In this document: one piece after another, positions 14,727 to 31,268 of the stretch
Layout of the letters: every line of letters begins with the position of its first letter
Position numbering within the stretch: the first letter of the stretch is position 1
Assembly: GCF_009914755.1 (NCBI RefSeq)
Contig: NC_060936.1
Length of the DNA: 64,000 bases
Strand: one strand, 5' to 3'
From: the human T2T-CHM13v2.0 reference genome, Homo sapiens
The notes under the pieces: generated by a model
Databases searched by the model: none
What the model saw: the letters and a program-made list of their open reading frames with translations, nothing else
What the model was told of the DNA's origin: nothing
Position numbers and translations under genes: made by a program

Positions 14727-15658
14727 GTTCTGACACCCTCCTTCCTGTCCGTGCTGTGCTAGGCCAGGGGGTTCAGAGACCGATGAACCAGTAGGGCCTC
14801 CTTTCTGACCATTTCCATGGCCGTGTGTGTGTGTGTGTGTTTACAACACTCAGTGATTCAACACTTGCTGCTCACGTGCTGGGTACGTGGCGTTCTGCTG
14901 TCTAGCGTCATGCTTAGCTGCCTTACTCACACCCATTCCATATACACAGAACTAAAACATGGGCAAATTCACAGGCCAAATGCAAAACCTTAAAGGAAGG
15001 CCAGTCAGGTGAAGAGCAGAGCTGCCCCCGTTGTGTCTGTGTGCACAGGAGTCTGCCCCGACTGTCCCGTCTGAATGGGCCCCTTCATACCTCCTCTGGC
15101 ACACTGCAGTTTTCTCATAGTACTCAAAACCCTATGTCATTATTTAATTTATAGATTTGTTGATTGTTTGTTGTTTGTCTCCCCAAGTAAGTGGCAGGTT
15201 CTCTGAAGCTAGGAGCCTTGCCCTTGATAACTCTGTACCCCAGTCCACTGCCTGGCACGGAGTCAGCACTGAAATATTTATCAAATGCACGAGAGCTCAT
15301 AATTTACATGAGGCTCTCAAAAAGGCTGAGTGATTCAACAGAGGTTGAGGTCATTGGTTGAGAGACTATGACAGAAGCCGTTCCCAATAATTAAAAGTTG
15401 TGTATTTTATGAGAAGGCCGTGAAGACTAGTGTATAGTGTATACAGTATTTTGCAAGATGTTGTTTTCCGGTTTAACTCTGGAGGCCAGTGGGATTTTGG
15501 AGAACTTTGGGAATATATTTCTAATGATGTCCTCATGTTGCAGAATTTCATTATAAGAAGTTTACAAAATGAGATTTGTCCTGTGATTTAAATGGGAGTA
15601 ATTGAACTCCTCACTAAATTCAGTAAGCATAAAGATTTGAATGCTGATGTGCTTTCAG

Positions 15659-15812
15659 GCATTGGAAAGAACTTATGGAAAAAACGTCTGTCTTTTTTGA
15701 AATGACCGAAACGTTCACCTTGGAAAATATGTTTGCTATGGAACTGCACAAACACACAGATGTTCTCAATGAGATTGTCACAGCAGCAATCAAGGAGGTT
15801 GCCATTGAGAAG
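15659..15812 (+). CDS. DNAH10: DNAH10 exon 5: HWKELMEKT...EIVTAAIKEVAIEK
   Basis: ctttcag| ... AAG|gtaaga; 154 nt; completes LRDRHW. Confidence 0.95.
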
Positions 15813-15889
15813 GTAAGACTTCAGTTAAAAACAGGCTGGAGAAAACAGTCTTTTTTTAATTCAAAGAGAAAATAGGGAGAACTCATCTA

Positions 15890-16126
<237 letters not shown>

Positions 16127-16493
16127 TTATTTGTTGTAGAAATAGAATTTCCTTAATTAAATTTTTTGTTGTTCCCAATTGTAGTTTCATTTTCCATTGT
16201 TTAAAAAAATTTTTTCTTATTGTTTCTTATTTATTTATTTTGCCATTGATTTTTAAATAGATGTAATGGATGTTCATGGTAGAAAATTGAAAAAAAATTC
16301 ATAATCCCACTACCTGAAAATAATTATTAACTTTTTAGTGTATTTCTTTGCCTACTTAAAAATGCATGCACACATGTATACATATGCATACACACATACT
16401 ACTCATATATGTGCACATACACCCATGCATTTGTATGCACTAACATACACGTACACAGGTACACACATACACATATCCCTACACATATATGTA

Positions 16494-17131
16494 TATAGTC
16501 AGGTGTCACCTAATGGCAGGGACACATTCTGAGAAATGTGTCCTGAGTTGATTCGTGATTGTGCAAACAAACCTAGCTGGGATGACTACTGCACACCTAG
16601 GCTATTGGGTAGAATCTATTGCTCTAGACTGCAAGCCTGTACAGCAAGGAACTACATTGAGTACGGCCAGCCATTGTAACCTAATAGTACGTGTGTATCT
16701 AAACATAGAAAAGGTACAGCCAAGGCCGGGCATGGTGGCTCACGCCTGTAATCCCAGCACTTTGGGAGGCCGAGGAGGGTGGATCACGAGGTCAGGAGAT
16801 CGAGACCATCCTGGCTAACACGGTGAAACCCCGTCTCTACTAAAAATACAAAAAAAATTAGCCGGGTGTGGTGCCGGGTGTGGTGGCGGGTGCCTGTAGT
16901 CCCAGCTACTCGGGAGGCTGAGGCAGGAGAATGGTGTGAACCCAGGAGGCAGAGCTGCAGTGAGCCGAGATCGCACCACTGCACTCCAGCCTGGGTGACA
17001 GAGCAAGACTCTGTCTCAAAAAAAAAAAAAAAGGAAAGGTACGGCCAAAATATGGTCTAATAATCCTATGGGACCACCATTATATATGAAATTCATCACT
17101 GAATGAAACATCCTTATGCAGTACATGACTG
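16494..17131. mobile_element. Tigger3/MER7-like relic interrupted by AluY (16723-17031, +)
   Basis: Alu TSD gaaaaggtacagccaa / gaaaggtacggccaa; AluY diagnostics gagatcgagaccatcctggctaacacgg; 12-nt internal duplication gccgggtgtggt. Confidence 0.85.
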
Positions 17132-17617
17132 TACATAGTACACCACACATGTATACACACGTATATGCATGTAGACACATATGCATGCAAACACACAAAA
17201 TATACATACAGTGTGCACACAGTGTACCTAACATATACACATAATGTATACACACATGTACATATGCACATAATGTACATACAGTGTACCTAATATACAC
17301 ACGTACACATAATATATATACATGTATACATATACACATAATGTACACACAGTGTACCTAATATATACATGTACACATAATGTACACTATGTATTCGTAT
17401 ACACACGATGTGCACACAGTGTACCTAGTATGCACACGTACATATAATGTACACACATATACATATACACACAATGTTCAGTGTACCCAATATACACAGG
17501 TACACATAGTATATACACATGTATACATATACACACAGTGTACACAATATACCAAAGATACGCATAATATACATATAATGTACACATGTACGTATGTATA
17601 CACATATACATATGTAT
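17132..17617. repeat. (CA/TA)-rich degenerate tandem repeat
   Basis: Recurrent cacataatgtacac / cagtgtaccta units; similar tract at 16363-16495. Confidence 0.85.
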
Positions 17618-18226
17618 CAATACAGATTTTTTTTTTTTTGAGACAGGGTCTCCCTATGTTGCCAAGGCTGGTCATGAACTCCTGGGCTCAAGCAGTCTGC
17701 TCACCTTGACCTCCTAAAGTATTAGGATTACAGGCATGAGCCACCGCACCCGGCCTCAATATAGATTTTTTGTTTTGAATATGGAATCATAAGAGGCATA
17801 TCATTTTGTAATTTGGTTTTTGTGACAGTAGAGTAAGCACAGGGGCAGAATCTCATAACTGTGCAGACTTCGGGGGCAGACTGTGGGGTTTAGACCCTGT
17901 TTCTGGGGCTCAGTAGCTGAGCTTCATGTCTGAGCCCCAGTTGCCATCTCTGTAAAATGTGGGTGATAATAATCCCTACCAATATACTTTGAGGTATTTG
18001 CTTTGAGGACTGAATGAGATCGTGTATGTGACATGCTTACCTGCCACATAGCGAATGCTTGATAAGTGGCAATTATTACCATGACAGAATCCCAACTTTT
18101 CAGGAAACAGACCCAGGACTCCGATTGCATTGTTGGCCAAAAGCAAGCTAAGGAAGGTGTTTTTGGGTTGGGGCTCGGTCCTTTCAGTTCGTGTGCCTGA
18201 ATCATTCTTTTTCTATTCCTGAACAG

Positions 18227-18460
18227 GCTGTGAAGGAAATCCTAGACACGTGGGAAAATATGAAATTCACTGTAGTCAAGTATTGCAAAGGCACACAGGA
18301 GCGAGGCTACATCCTGGGTTCTGTTGACGAAATTATTCAGTCTCTTGATGACAACACTTTCAACCTGCAGAGCATCTCAGGAAGCAGATTTGTGGGGCCT
18401 TTTCTGCAAACTGTTCACAAATGGGAAAAAACGCTTTCTCTAATAGGGGAAGTCATTGAG
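18227..18460 (+). CDS. DNAH10: DNAH10 exon 6: AVKEILDTWENMKF...WEKTLSLIGEVIE
   Basis: gaacag| ... GAG|gtgaga; 234 nt, phase 0-0. Confidence 0.95.
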
Positions 18461-18511
18461 GTGAGAGAAAAGATGAACAAAAGATGGATTAGAGCCAGTG
18501 CATAGCAGTGG

Positions 18512-18571
18512 CTTTTATATGAGGATATTTTGTGCTTAGAACTTTTATATGAGGATATTTTGTGCTTAGAA
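18512..18571. repeat. Perfect 30-bp tandem duplication
   Basis: cttttatatgaggatattttgtgcttagaa x2. Confidence 0.95.
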
Positions 18572-19312
18572 ACAAATGATCCTCTTTCATACTTTTTTGT
18601 CTTGATTTATTTTGAGGACAAGAGTGCATGATCAAAGGAATTGATCTGAATTTTTATTTTAGTGAATGATTTTCATTTCCAAGATTCCTAATTGCTTCTT
18701 TTTCATATATCTCTGTTTTTCTTTGATACTGTCCTGTTCTTGTTGCAAGGATGCTTTTGCCTCCTTGATGACACTGAAAATTAGAAACATACTTATTTTA
18801 CATTCCTTTTCGATTTCTCTACACTTTTTAAAAAAATGTCTGTTGACTCTCTCTTGTGGTGGTGGATTTTCCTCTGTGTGATTTTGATTTTTTTTTCTAG
18901 CTCATCTCACATGTAGTTTTTTTCTTGTGTTTGCTTCACTTTGTCATCTGTTTTTGCAGCCTCTTTAACCTGAGGCCTGTCACACTGGGAAGTAGCAAGG
19001 TCTTATAGTAGGTGGTTTGGGGCTTTCTTCCTTTTGGGCAATACTTATCCAGACCTCTGTGAGCAACCCAGGCTCACTGCACCATTTTTGTGCAGTTGCC
19101 TTTTTTTCCTCCCCAGACCACAGGCAAGCACCTTGTTTTTGGCCACAATCCAAGCCTTGGGTGGGATGAAGCCAGGCCTGGTTCACTGGCCAACTGTGTG
19201 ATCAGGCCTCCATCATGCCTGGGCTTCCTTTCCTTGCTTTTTTGTTTGTTTGTTTTGTCTATGACTTTGTGTTAGTGGAAGCTCTTATGTGGGATATAGC
19301 ACTGTTTTTTAA

Positions 19313-20170
<858 letters not shown>

Positions 20171-20518
20171 ATGGTACTTGGCTCACTTTTTGAGTGTCTG
20201 GCATGGCCTGTCCTTCGCTGTTGTGGGTCACAGGCTTCACCCTCTTCTCATAACTAGAAGTTTTCCTACCTGTGCTGGGCTGCATGGAGAGCTTTCTTTT
20301 GCTTTTGAGTGTGGCCGTTAGTTATGCTTTCCCCAGCATTCCCATTCATTTGGAGTGGAGGGGAGCTGGCCATGCAGATGCTCACTCTGTCACCTTGCCT
20401 GGAAGGTCCTCCCACCTGAGTTGATTTGGTTCTGTCTCATGTCAGGATGGGGCTTTGCCATCCACTTTTGGAGGTATCTGATAACCCCTGCTGACACTGA
20501 CCTTTTGTACATTTACAG

Positions 20519-20641
20519 ATTTGGATGTTGGTTCAGAGAAAATGGATGTATCTTGAAAGTATTTTTATTGGTGGAGATATAAGATCACAACTTCCGGAAG
20601 AGGCAAAAAAGTTTGACAACATCGATAAAGTATTTAAAAGG
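20519..20641 (+). CDS. DNAH10: DNAH10 exon 7: [41 protein letters not shown] (GC donor)
   Basis: tttacag| ... AGG|gcaagt; 123 nt; conserved VQxxWxYLExIF motif. Confidence 0.93.
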
Positions 20642-21852
20642 GCAAGTGACTCGCTTCTATTTTAGTAATGAAAGAAGGGCAGCGATTTGAGATATTTGTA
20701 CCTTTTTATTTGCACATTGTATTTTCTCCATTAGTAGCTTCTCTCTCATTTTTTAGAGACAGGGTTTTGCTCTGTTGCCCAGGCTGGAGTGCAGTGATGT
20801 GATCATGGCTCCCTGTAGCCTTGAACTTATGGGCTAAAGAGATCCTCCTAACTCAGCCTCCCAAGCAGCTGGGACTACAGGCATGTGCTGCCATGCTCAG
20901 CTAATTAAAACATTTTTTATAGGGATAGGATCTTGCTATGTTGTCCAGGCTGGTCTCAAACTCCTAGCCTCAACTGACTCTCCCACATTGGCCTCCCAAA
21001 GCACTGGGATTACAGGAGTGGGTCACCTTGCCTGGCCCACTAGTAGCTTCTGAATTTTTCGTGTCATTATTTATGACCCTAATCTGTCTAGTAAAAATTC
21101 CCATTTGATTTTTAGCTGCTGGCATATGACACTGAATCTTTTTTACATTTATTATAAAAGCAATATTTGCTTGTTTAAAATATTTTGAAAGTGTAGAACA
21201 GTGGAAAAATGTATCTCTCATGGTTCTGTCACTTTAATGGGACCACTTTAACATGTCAATATATTCCTTTTATCTTTTTCCTATGTGTATAAGTTTAAAA
21301 AGCATAATTGTAATCATATTGTGTACAACTTTATATCATAATTTTCTCTTAATATTATGAGAAACAGTTCATATTAGGAAGTCATCTGAGAAAATAATTT
21401 CATGGCTCTCTATATTCCAGGGAGTGGGCTGACATTAGTTTAGTTGATTACTCTCCAGTAATTTGACATTTTGTTTGAACAGAGTTCTTTGCTTTCATAA
21501 ATAATGTACAGGTTCTTGCCTAATGCTTTTTCCATAGTTAGAGTGAATGTCTTAAGATAGATTGTTAGAAAGCAAATTGCCCGTGAAAGGGTGTGTGTAT
21601 TTTAAAGTCATTTCCAAAAAGGGTTGGACTGGTCATCACAGTGACTGTAGTTAGTGTGGCTGGGATTTTAACCCAGCTCTCCTGCTCTCAAAGCCCGGGT
21701 ATTTTGCTACTTAGCTTTGCTGCTGTGTTCTTTAATTATAGGTGGCCAGTTCATGTTTTGATCTCTTTTATCCACTAGAGTTTATAACTGTTTCATATAA
21801 TTGTTGCATAAGCTCTTTTTTTAAACTTAAAAGAATTGTACAACACATATCA

Positions 21853-22483
<631 letters not shown>

Positions 22484-23568
22484 TTATACAACAAATATCA
22501 ATTCATTACAGAATACTTTAGAAATTACAAAAAGCCAAGAAAAAAAAGAAAGGAAGAAAAAAATACCTATAATCCCCTTGCCCAGGGTAACCATTTTAAT
22601 AGTTGAGCATATATCTTTCCAGAACATTTATTCCTGCATAAACATACAAATAGATATAAATAAATAAATAACATTCTACAAAATATGATTGTTCTTTTTT
22701 TTTTTTAGAGACGAGGTCTTGCCTTGTTGCCCAAGCTGGAGTGCAGTGGTGTGATCATAGCTCACTGCAGCCTCCAACTCCTGGGCTCATATGATCCTCG
22801 CCTTGGCCTCCCAGGTAGCTGGGACTGCAGGTATGCACCACCACACCCGGCTAACTTAAAAAAAAAAAAATTTTTTTTTTTTTTTTTTAGTAGAGATGGA
22901 GTCTTGTTCTGTTGCCCAGTCTGGTCTCAAACTCCTGGTCTCAAACAATCCTCCTAATCCTCCTGTCTTAGTCTCCCAAAGCACTGGGATTACAGGCTTG
23001 AAAATAGAATCATTCTTACCAATGTCACTGGCTATTTTTATTGAACAGTTTGACCTATTTCAATAAATAAACATTGAAATTATCACTCACAGCAGATGAT
23101 TGACCTGTTGCTGGACATTGAGGCTATTTCTTTCTTTTTCTGCTATGATGAAGAATGCTGCAGTGAATATTCTGTATATACAAATTGCTCACAGTGGAAT
23201 TGCCAGCTTCCTTTACTCAGCAAGTGTTGAATGGGCGCCTACTGTGTGTAAGCACTTCTGTAGGGTGGGGTGGGGCTCATCAGTGAACAAAACAAAAAAA
23301 TCCTTTCCCTGCGCAGCTAGCCTTCTTACGGGATAACGAAAAGAAAAACCAGAAACCAGTTAGTTACATGTAGTACATTAGAAGGTGCTAAGGATATGCA
23401 TGTTTAAAAATGATAAATGGATCCCCTGAAAGCCAATGGCACTGGGCAGCTTGTCAGTTTTGTCTCGGCCGTGCCTGGGCTCTGGTGAGTGCCTGTTCTG
23501 GGCTCAAGAACAGTGTCTCCGCTCTCCCTGCTCACCCTGCTTGACGGCTGTCCTCTGTTCTGGTCCAG

Positions 23569-23802
23569 ATCATGGGTGAGACCTTAAAAGACCCCGTGAT
23601 CAAGAGGTGCTGTGAAGCCCCAAACCGCCTCAGTGACCTACAGAACGTCAGCGAGGGCCTGGAGAAATGCCAGAAAAGCCTCAACGACTACTTAGATTCG
23701 AAGAGAAATGCTTTCCCAAGGTTCTTCTTCATTTCTGACGATGAGTTGCTTAGCATTCTGGGGAGCAGCGACCCACTCTGCGTCCAGGAGCACATGATCA
23801 AG
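23569..23802 (+). CDS. DNAH10: DNAH10 exon 8: IMGETLKDP...LEKCQKSLNDYLDSKRNAFPRFFFISDDELLSILG...HMIK
   Basis: tccag| ... AAG|gtcagc; 234 nt; hallmark linker motif FPRFFF. Confidence 0.96.
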
Positions 23803-24639
23803 GTCAGCCCTCTGGGTGTGCAGGGGCTCCCCGTGTAAGCCTTAGAACCGCCTTCGGTCCTCCCTGGTTCCCTTTGCCATGAGGTTCAACCCAGAGGGTT
23901 AAGACTGAAATGCTGCTGGAGTTGGTTTTTTGGTTTGTTTTTTGAGACAGGGTCTGGCTCTGTTGCCCAGGCTGGAGCGCAGTGGTACAATCATGGCTCA
24001 TTGCAGCCTCCACCTCCCCGACTCAAGTGATCTGCCACCTCAGCTGCCTGAGTGGCTGGGACCACAGGTGCACACCACCATGCCTGGCTAATTTTTATAT
24101 ATTTTTTGGAGAGATGAGGTCTCACTGTGTTACCTGGGCTGGTCTCTAACTCCTGAGCTCAAGCAATGCTCCCACCTCGGCCTCCCAAAGTGGGATTACA
24201 GGTGTGAGCCACCACACTCAGCCCTCGAGTTTTAATTTGAAGTGTAAGCCTGATGATATTCACTGAGTCTGAAATCACACCAGATTCAGCTATTTTTCCA
24301 CAGTCCAAAACCTTTCTTTTTATAAACTAAAAAAAAAGAAAAAACAAAAAAACCAGAAATATATGAAGACTAATATATTAAATAGGGAGGCATTAGAGGA
24401 TAGTGGTTTAGCACATGGACTCTAGAACCAGATTGCTGGGGTTCAAATCTTTGCTCTATTCTGAGTTTCTGTGTGATCTTCGGCAAGTTCCTTGATCTCT
24501 CTGGACATCAGTTTCCTCATCTGTGAATGGACATAACCCCAATGGTTACCTGTTTCAGTGGAGCTGTTGTAAAAATGAAATGAGTTACTATTTATAAAGT
24601 ACTTTGAACAGTGCCTACCTTTCAATGTTGGCTAAATAA

Positions 24640-24979
<340 letters not shown>

Positions 24980-25125
24980 TAAATAAATGTATATGTATCC
25001 ATGAACCATTTCCTGAATGGCGGGAAACAACAGAGAACACTGTCCCTTGTGATAGAGAACAGAGGCTGGCCAGACATGATCTTTGGCCTGCTAATCAAAG
25101 CTCTTTATCTAGCGTCAGCCTGGGC

Positions 25126-25338
25126 AGGGGCTCTGAGCCTCGGCGCTGCTGGCATTTGGGGCTGGATGACTCTTTGCTGTGGCTGCTGTCCTGTGCATTA
25201 CAGGACATTACGTAGCATCCCTGACCACAACCTACTAGATGCCAGTAGCACCCCCTCCCTAGTTATGACAACCAGAAACATCTCCAGACATTGCCAATGT
25301 CCCCTGGTGGCAAAATCATCCCCGGCTGAGAATGAGTG
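25126..25338. mobile_element. MER20 hAT DNA transposon relic
   Basis: gcatttggggctggat...tgtcctgtgcatt...tagatgccagtagcacc...tctccagacattgcca. Confidence 0.85.
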
Positions 25339-25380
25339 TTGCACGGTAATTCCTCCATTCCAAATTAACAGAGCACTTAG

Positions 25381-25821
<441 letters not shown>

Positions 25822-26435
25822 TGATTTGTGAGTGCCTTGTATATGGTGGGCCCTAAAGGACTCATTGTCCTAAATGTTATTCTGATTAATAACAATGATA
25901 ATAGTCAACAAATGCCAAGTGTTTAACAACATGCCAGCATTTGACTCAGATTGTTTCATTTGATTCTCCCAAGCCCACCTTGTTAAGTGCCATGATTGTG
26001 TTTATTCCAGGCAGAGAGAGGAGGAGCAACTCACCCATAGTTGCGCAATTGGATAGTGGGGAATCTGGGATTCCATCACAGGTCTCTGTTCCCCAGCCTG
26101 GGGTGTTAATCACCCTTCCGCCTCCTCCACGTTCCACTGGCTCCTATGTCCAGATACCTCCCCACTCCAGCAGGGTTAGGGACAGAGTCTGCTTTTTCTT
26201 TCTCTTTTCAATCCTCCACAGATCTTTGCACAGTACAGAGTAAATGAAAATCCCCAATAAGTGTCTTTGGGATGACCACACAGGTGGGTGAACGACATCC
26301 ATCTTGCCTGCGATCTCGGCTCACCGGTTGCCATTGCTTGCATCGTGGCAGCTCTGCTGGATGGAGCACCGCTGGCTGGTCTTTGATTCCAGAACTCCGT
26401 GCAGGTCTTACAGGGCTGCCTCTCCCTGTTTGCAG

Positions 26436-26659
26436 ATGTACGACAACATAGCATCACTGAGGTTTAATGACGGCGATAGTGGAGAAAAACTGGTGTCCGC
26501 GATGATTTCAGCAGAAGGAGAAGTCATGGAGTTTCGGAAGATCGTGCGGGCTGAAGGGCGCGTGGAGGACTGGATGACGGCAGTTTTGAATGAGATGAGA
26601 AGAACTAATAGACTAATTACCAAAGAGGCTATTTTTAGATACTGTGAAGACAGAAGCAG
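26436..26659 (+). CDS. DNAH10: DNAH10 exon 9: MYDNIASLRF...MISAEGEVMEF...VEDWMTAVLNEMRRT...CEDRS
   Basis: tttgcag| ... AG|gtaagg; 224 nt, ends phase 2. Confidence 0.95.
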
Positions 26660-26779
26660 GTAAGGCTGCGAATGTGGACATGCATTGCTCTATCCAATTC
26701 ATAGTCATAATGGATTAATTTTAAAGGCTTGGAGTAGATTGGCTGACATTCCAAATGAGGTTTTGTTTTTTTGCAATAG

Positions 26780-27340
<561 letters not shown>

Positions 27341-29081
27341 ACTTAGTGAACCACCAGAAACTAGGCGTTTAGTGGGATTATGTGTATGTAACGTTGTTTC
27401 TAAAATATTTACTGAATTTCCAACATTCTTTGATTTTTGTGGCTAGAGAGGCTTCAGGATATCATGCTGAGCCCTGCCTGCTCCTAGCAGCTGAGTGCAG
27501 TCCAACTAGAAATACAGAAAGCCTCTTTGGCTAACTTATTCTATTAGATTAGACAGGATCCCCCGTAAAGTTGGAGAATATTTGGCAGGGCCTTCGTGCA
27601 GACATAGAATCTTTCTTGTTATTATGAGAACACCATTCTCTTGATTTTGTACACTGCCTTTTTGATTTTACAAAGTGAAAACATCTACTTAAAAATTATT
27701 AGCGAATAGCATAATATTTATTTGATTATGATCCTGCTGTTTCCGAGGTACTGAGGCATATCAAAAATTTGTTTGCATCTTTATGTGGATATGTTCAGTG
27801 GATAAACTGGTAAAACTGGATGTCTGGAAAAAATTTTTTTAAAGCTTTGATTTAAAGCAGTTGCCAATTTCCATGGTGCAAATATTCCTGCCATGGCTGA
27901 TTTCAAAGCTAAATGAAATAAGTGGTTTAACAACCAGCTTGCAAAATTCCAGAATATTCGACAGTTAGTCTTGTGACAGGAGGTGGCCCTAGCATTCATT
28001 TAACTAATATTTCTTCAACCCCTGCTCTGGGCGATTTATTATGCTAGATGCTATTTCAAAACTGAACTAGACAGAAATCTCTGCCTTCTGTATGTATTAA
28101 TCACTGAATGTTTTAAATTATCTTTTCTGCTCCAAAATACTGTGAAGTTTACACCAGCATCAGTTGATTTTATTTTCACGATAGCTACCACTTTGCTAGG
28201 GCATTGCTATGTTTGGTAGTGCTGAGTTGGTGGAAGAGAGTAAGGGAATGCAGCCTGATGGACTGAAAAAGATCTTTTTCTCATCCAGATGCTCCTTTGA
28301 GCACGTGAACTTGTTGCTTCCAACAGGGAGAATAGTTGACATGAGCATGTGGTTTTATTTGAGCTGATAGGTGTGGCATCACTGAGAAGTTAGGGCCAGC
28401 TGTATCTAGTCCCAGGAAGCACCTTTGCCCTGGTCATTTAATCTTCTCTGATCCTATGGCCTCAGCTGCCACCTCTCCGTTTCTGATTCTAGGTTTGTCG
28501 CGTCCTTTACAAGGCCCGTCTTTGTTCATCATTTCGGTGTCGTCCTCTGGGCCTTCGTAATCTTTGTTGTCTCTCTCCTGATGTGTAGGAATCATGGATA
28601 TAAGTGATCTTTAGGTTTTCGCTGCACCACACAATTTTAAAATAAAACAACAAAGGTCAATGTTATTTTTATTGCTTTTCCTACTTATTTATTTATTTAT
28701 TTATTTATTGAGACAGAGTCTCGCTCTGTCACCCAGGCTGGAGTGCAATGGCGCTATCTCGGCTTACTACAACCTCCGCCTTCCAGGTTCAAGCGATTCT
28801 CCTGCCTTAGACTTCTGAGTAGTTGGGATTACAGGTGCACATCACCACACCCGGCTAACTTTTGTATTTTTAGTAGAGACAGGGTTTCGCCATGTTGGCC
28901 AGGCTGGTCTCGAACTCCCGACCTCAGGTGATCTGCCGGCCTCGGCCTCCCAAAGCGCTGGGATTACAGGCGTGAGCCAAAGCATTCGGCCTCCTACTCT
29001 TTTAAATTTATTTTGCCATTAACTGTAGGTCATCAAGATAATGACTATAGTAATCCGCAGTCACTTTTCCAGTATTGGCAT

Positions 29082-29458
29082 TGTATTACTGTGTTTTCAC
29101 ACTGCTATACAGAAATACTCAAGACTGGGTAATTTATAAAGAAAAAGGTTTAATTGACTCACAGTCACGCATGGCTGGGGAGGCCTCGGGAAACTTACAG
29201 TCATGGCGGAAGACAAAGGAAAAGCAAGTACCTTTTTCACAAGGTGGCGGGAAAGAGAGAGAGAGAAGGAGGAACTAACAACCACTTATAAAACCGTCAG
29301 ATCTCATGAGAACTCACTCAGTATCACGAGAACAGCATGGGGAAACCGCCCCCATGATCCAGTCACCTCCCACCAGGTCCTTCCCTCAACACCTGGGGAT
29401 TATGGGGATTACAATTTGAGACGAGACGTGGGTGGGGACACAGAGCCAAACCATATCA
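29082..29458 (-). mobile_element. THE1 (MaLR) solo LTR
   Basis: Minus strand begins TGATATGGTTTGGCTCTGTGTCCCCACCC; exact 5-bp TSD GGCAT at 29077-29081 and 29459-29463. Confidence 0.92.
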
Positions 29459-30713
29459 GGCATTTACAGCTCTGAGTCCATTATTTTTTAAGTGCAGTTT
29501 AGAAAAAAAGCTTTGTCTAAATGTGTCTCAAGGCAATCACAAGCTTTGTAAGTTAGTGCCTCTGGAGAGGACATCCAAGTGGCCAATAAACATGAAAAGA
29601 GGAGAAACCCCACGACTCAGCAGGATCTGTACATTAAGGGAGGATGAGATGTTTTGTTTCACTTTTCAGACTGGCAAAAATTCAAAAGCGTGTTACAACC
29701 TGGCCTGCAAACCTGGGCAGTGTGGTCAGAGATTATGAAATTCTTTGTTGGAATTTTAATTTTCTTTCTTGAGACAGGGTCTTGCTCTGTTGCCCTGGCC
29801 GGAGTACAGTGATGCGAGCTCGGCTCACTGAAGCCTTGAGTTCCTAGGTTCAAGCAATCCTCCCACCTCAGCCTCCTGAATAGCTGGGACCACAGGCATG
29901 TACCACCACATCTGGCTAATTTTTGTATTTTTGGTAGAGACAAGGTTTCGCTGTGTTGCCCAGGCTGGTCTCAAACTCCTGAGCTCAAGCAATCTGCCCC
30001 AGCTTGGCCTCCCATAATGCTGGGATTACAGGTGTGAGCCACCGTGCCCAGCCTGGAATATTGTTTTACTTCTTACATAAACCTCAAATACTAAGTAAGT
30101 TTGAAAACCTATAATCAAATATTTTATTTTATTTTATTTTTTAGAGACAGGGCCTTGCTCTGTCACTCAGGTTGGAGTACAGTGCACAATTGTAGTTGGC
30201 TGCGGCCTCCAACTCCTGGGCTCCAGCGCCCCTGGAGTAGCTGGGACTACAGGCATGCGTCATTATGCCTGGCTAGTTTTTAATTTATTTTTTGTAGAGA
30301 TAGGGTTTTGCTATGTTGCCCAGGCTGGTCTTGAACTCCTGGCTTCAAGTGATCCTCTTCCTTGGCCTCCCAAAGTGTTGGGTTTACAGGCGTGAGCTAC
30401 CACGACTGGCCCCAAACATTTAAAAAGTGATCTGGCATCTTTCTGTGCAGTCAGGTACCTGCAACATTTTTTGTGGAGAGAGGCACCCTCGGCCTGGAAT
30501 TTTACTACCTAGTCGGAGATAGGTAACATCTTACTCTCACCTAAGTCTTACTCCTCTGACTTACTTAGGTAAACAAATACAGGCACTTGCTTACCTAAAA
30601 CCTTTACTTTGCCCTCCCTATTCCAGATCAAAGAAATAAATTCCTGAAGGGACTGTTTTGGGTACCAGTCCCCGGATTGATCAGAGCCTCTTACAGGTGT
30701 GCGTTTTCTGCAG

Positions 30714-30983
30714 AGTCGACTGGATGCTCCTGTACCAGGGCATGGTGGTGCTGGCCGCTAGCCAGGTGTGGTGGACCTGGGAGGTGGAAGACGTCTTCCA
30801 CAAAGCGCAAAAAGGGGAGAAGCAGGCCATGAAGAACTATGGCAGGAAAATGCACCGGCAGATCGATGAGTTGGTAACGCGCATCACCATGCCGCTAAGC
30901 AAAAACGACAGGAAAAAATACAACACTGTTCTCATCATTGATGTGCATGCCAGAGACATAGTTGATTCTTTCATAAGAGGCAG
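30714..30983 (+). CDS. DNAH10: DNAH10 exon 10: VDWMLLYQGMVVLAASQVWWT...LIIDVHARDIVDSFIRG
   Basis: ttctgcag| ... AG|gtgagc; 270 nt; DVHARD motif. Confidence 0.96.
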
Positions 30984-31084
30984 GTGAGCATTTTCCGGGG
31001 TCACTGGCATTTCAAAAGGGACCCTTTGTGGTCCGCTGATCTGTCTCAACGGTTTCCACTTCCTCCACCTTTCTTGCCGTCCAG

Positions 31085-31268
31085 TATCCTGGAGGCCCGA
31101 GAGTTTGACTGGGAAAGTCAGTTGCGGTTTTATTGGGACCGGGAGCCGGATGAGCTGAACATCCGCCAGTGCACGGGAACCTTTGGCTACGGCTACGAGT
31201 ACATGGGCCTGAACGGCAGGCTGGTCATCACGCCCCTCACCGATCGGATTTACCTGACGCTCACCCAG
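31085..31268 (+). CDS. DNAH10: DNAH10 exon 11: ILEAREFDWESQLRFYW...YGYEYMGLNGRLVITPLTDRIYLTLTQ (start of AAA1)
   Basis: tccag| ... CAG|gtgact; 184 nt; 101-nt intron upstream. Confidence 0.97.
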
